DNA of 64,000 bases from Acidobacteriota bacterium (lineage in GTDB: Bacteria; Acidobacteriota; UBA890; WLXD01), in the NCBI GenBank assembly GCA_963666215.2, contig CAXWPL010000001.1:192001-256000 (forward strand), given 5' to 3'. Under the pieces are notes generated by a model. It was not told the DNA's origin. It made no database searches and worked only from the letters and a program-made list of their open reading frames with translations. Every line of letters begins with the position of its first letter. Within the stretch, counting starts at the first letter, position 1. The translations under genes were made by a program, and so were the position numbers. This document shows positions 61,733 through 64,000 of the stretch, in pieces.

Positions 61733-62887
61733 ATGGCTCGTCAGGCCCAGTCAGATCGCAGCGCCGATACCGCCCGCAAGCTTGCGCCCGGAATCATCGG
61801 CTTCGACTCGCTGATCGGGAACGACTCGGTCATCGCCGGGCTTCGGCGCGCCTTGGGGCGTGCCACCCTGCCCCAAGCCATGGCCTTCAGCGGCCCGGCC
61901 GGCGTGGGCAAGGCCACCTGTGCTGCGCTGATAGCGCAAGCGATCAATTGCCGCGGATCTAGCGGAACCAGCGGAAGCAGCGCAGAGGCCCCCTCGGACG
62001 CCTGTGGGCACTGCGTACCGTGCGCCAAGATCGCCCGCGGACTTCATCCCGACGTGACTTGGGTGGCGCCCGAGCCGCGAGCCATCTCGGTTGCGCAGGT
62101 GCGCTCGATCGTTGAGCAGGTAGCATACGCGCCGTACGAGGGACGCCGGCGAGTGGTGATCTTCGACGACGCCCACACGATGAACATCGCGGCGCAAAAC
62201 GCCCTGCTGAAAACGCTCGAGGAGCCGCCGCCCTCGTCGAACTTGATCCTCGTAACCGCGGCCTATGGCAGCCTGCTGCCGACCGTACGCTCACGTTGCC
62301 AGGAGCTGCGCTTCTCTCCGCTGTCGCACGACGACGTATGCGGCTATCTCGCAGGCCTCGGCGTCGAGCCGCGAGAAGCGCGCCTGCGCTCGCGACTCGT
62401 GCCGGGAAGTCTCGGGGCCGCGCTGAGCGTCGATCTCGAAGAATACGAGCACCAGCTCGAGGTTGTGGTGAGCGCACTGCGCTTCGCGCTGGCCGGCGGC
62501 GCCGGTGTTGTGACCGCTGGCGAGGCGCTCGCCGATGCCGGTAACGGCGAAACCGCCACTCAGCGCGCGGCCAGTATTCTGCGGGTCTGCCGCGACGTCC
62601 TGCGCGACCTGTGGCTTCTCGCCAGTGGTGCAAACGAACAGTTGTTGCTCAATCCCGAGCGCGCCGACGATTGGCGCGATTGGGCGGCGGGTCTTGACGG
62701 CGACCGACTGACACGGGCGCTGACCGCGCTCGACGCGGGCATCGCCGGCTTCCTTTCGGGCATCCAACCCAACATTCGACTCGCGATCGAGCAGACCCTG
62801 GCCGACGTGGGTGGCGCACTCGGCTACCCGTCAGCTCCTGGATCTTCCGACCTCCGTGCTGGAGCTGGCGCCCGCGGCGCAAGCTAA
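61733..62887 (+). CDS. holB: DNA polymerase III subunit delta-prime
   Basis: GPAGVGK, CGHCVPC, HPDV, AQNALLKTLEEPP, LLPTVRSRC; start placed at ATG 61733. Confidence 0.9.
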   Translation: MARQAQSDRSADTARKLAPGIIGFDSLIGNDSVIAGLRRALGRATLPQAMAFSGPAGVGKATCAALIAQAINCRGSSGTSGSSAEAPSDACGHCVPCAKIARGLHPDVTWVAPEPRAISVAQVRSIVEQVAYAPYEGRRRVVIFDDAHTMNIAAQNALLKTLEEPPPSSNLILVTAAYGSLLPTVRSRCQELRFSPLSHDDVCGYLAGLGVEPREARLRSRLVPGSLGAALSVDLEEYEHQLEVVVSALRFALAGGAGVVTAGEALADAGNGETATQRAASILRVCRDVLRDLWLLASGANEQLLLNPERADDWRDWAAGLDGDRLTRALTALDAGIAGFLSGIQPNIRLAIEQTLADVGGALGYPSAPGSSDLRAGAGARGAS

Positions 62888-62912
62888 CGCGAGCCACCCG
62901 GTTGATCCTCTC

Positions 62913-64000
62913 ATGACACCTCCCTCCAACCCCCTGGTCGGTTGCACGATGGGAGACCCCGCGGGCATCGGCCCGGAGGTGCTCCTGCGTGGGGTTGAGC
63001 AGCTGCTGCTCGAGGATCGCGACGAACGTTTGCTCGGCGGCCCCTTGCTGGGCCGCCCATCACCGGAGCTCCATGCCACGCTGGCGGCGGCCCAGGAGGG
63101 CGAACCGCCGGCGCCACCTGGAATCCTGCTCGTCGGCGACGCCACGGTCCTCTGCCAACGCGCAGCGGAGCTCGATGTGTCCCTCACCATCCGGCCGGTG
63201 CCCGATGCCGCCACGGCGCGCGCTGCCCACGAGGCAGGAGAGCCGGGCCCTTGGGTGATTGATTGCACCGACGCCAGTGGTGTCGGGCTCGGGCGGCCCT
63301 CGCCAGCTAGCGGCCGCGCGTCCCTGGAGTGCCTCGCGGTTGCCGCCGCCCTCGCCGAGACCGGTCAAATCGACGCTCTGGCCACTGCCCCGCTGAGCAA
63401 GGAGCTCGTCGCGCTGCATCAACCACGCTTCCTCGGTCACACCGAGTATCTCGCCGAGCGTGCGTCGCTCGCCCTCGCGAGGACCACCACGCGCTACTCT
63501 GGCGACACCTCACAATCAACACCCGCGATATCAGTCGAGCAGATCGAGCCGATCATGCTGTTCGCGGGCCCCCGGCCCCACGTCGCCCTCCTGAGCACCC
63601 ACCTACCGCTCGTCACCGCCCTGGCGCGCATCCGACGTCCAACTGTCGTCAGGATGCTCGCGAGGCTCAGCGAGCTCTGGAGCGGTGCTTTCGGCGATCG
63701 GCCACGTATCGCTCTCGCCGCACTCAACCCCCACGCCGGGGAAGGTGGACGGCTCGGCGGTGAGGAGGCCGATGTGCTCGCGCCCGCGGTTGTGGATGCA
63801 CGCGTCGTGGGTGTGGATGCGGTCGGCCCTTACGCCGCCGACAGCGTTTTTCTGCGCCCCGATGTCGACGTCATTCTGGCGCTGTACCACGACCAGGGAA
63901 CGATTATCGCCAAGCGATCCGCAGTGCCAACCACCAACGTCACGCTAGGGCTCCCCTATCCGCGGACCTCACCCGATCACGGGACAGCCTTCGATCTCGC
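62913..64000 (+). CDS. pdxA: 4-hydroxythreonine-4-phosphate dehydrogenase PdxA family (partial, runs off window)
   Basis: MGDPAGIGPE, GHTEYL, THLPL, LNPHAGE, YHDQG and RTSPDHGTAFD, all in one frame; absent from the ORF track because there is no stop in the window. Confidence 0.93.
   Translation, partial: MTPPSNPLVGCTMGDPAGIGPEVLLRGVEQLLLEDRDERLLGGPLLGRPSPELHATLAAAQEGEPPAPPGILLVGDATVLCQRAAELDVSLTIRPVPDAATARAAHEAGEPGPWVIDCTDASGVGLGRPSPASGRASLECLAVAAALAETGQIDALATAPLSKELVALHQPRFLGHTEYLAERASLALARTTTRYSGDTSQSTPAISVEQIEPIMLFAGPRPHVALLSTHLPLVTALARIRRPTVVRMLARLSELWSGAFGDRPRIALAALNPHAGEGGRLGGEEADVLAPAVVDARVVGVDAVGPYAADSVFLRPDVDVILALYHDQGTIIAKRSAVPTTNVTLGLPYPRTSPDHGTAFDL

Overview
High-GC bacterial chromosomal window. 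Gene content and order look Acidobacteriota-like, which is an inference. Bases 1-44.7 kb are mostly minus-strand. They carry a type IVa pilus motor/regulatory cluster (pilB-pilT-pilC-pilS), an adjacent T2SS/T4P-like cluster (gspF, gspE, pilM/N/O-like, secretin, three pseudopilins), an ECF sigma/anti-sigma pair, yacL, hsp20, mlaEFD, alr, dnaB, rplI-rpsR-rpsF, a membrane pyrophosphatase, pth-rplY-prs, tRNA-Gln and a LolB-like lipoprotein. The plus-strand part carries glyA, tal, an acyl-CoA carboxylase, tamB-tamA, a SurA-like gene, holB and a partial pdxA. There are three copies of one ~1.04 kb IS481-family element with 6-bp NCTAGN target duplications: one splits pilB, one sits on the glyA stop codon, and one cuts off the last 11 codons of tamB. 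pilS is independently broken by a 12-bp tandem duplication that creates an in-frame TAG, and its leader has a poly-C tract that can pair with the RBS. Several glycan-modifying genes (epimerase, MDR dehydrogenase, PglF/PglE-like, YdcF, RmlD, sulfotransferase) are inserted into otherwise conserved operons. Two pseudopilins carry long Gly/Ser-rich loops with GFG repeats. The sulfotransferase insertion is flanked by a diverged duplicate of the alr 3' end. All family calls come from motif recognition by eye; no database searches were run.
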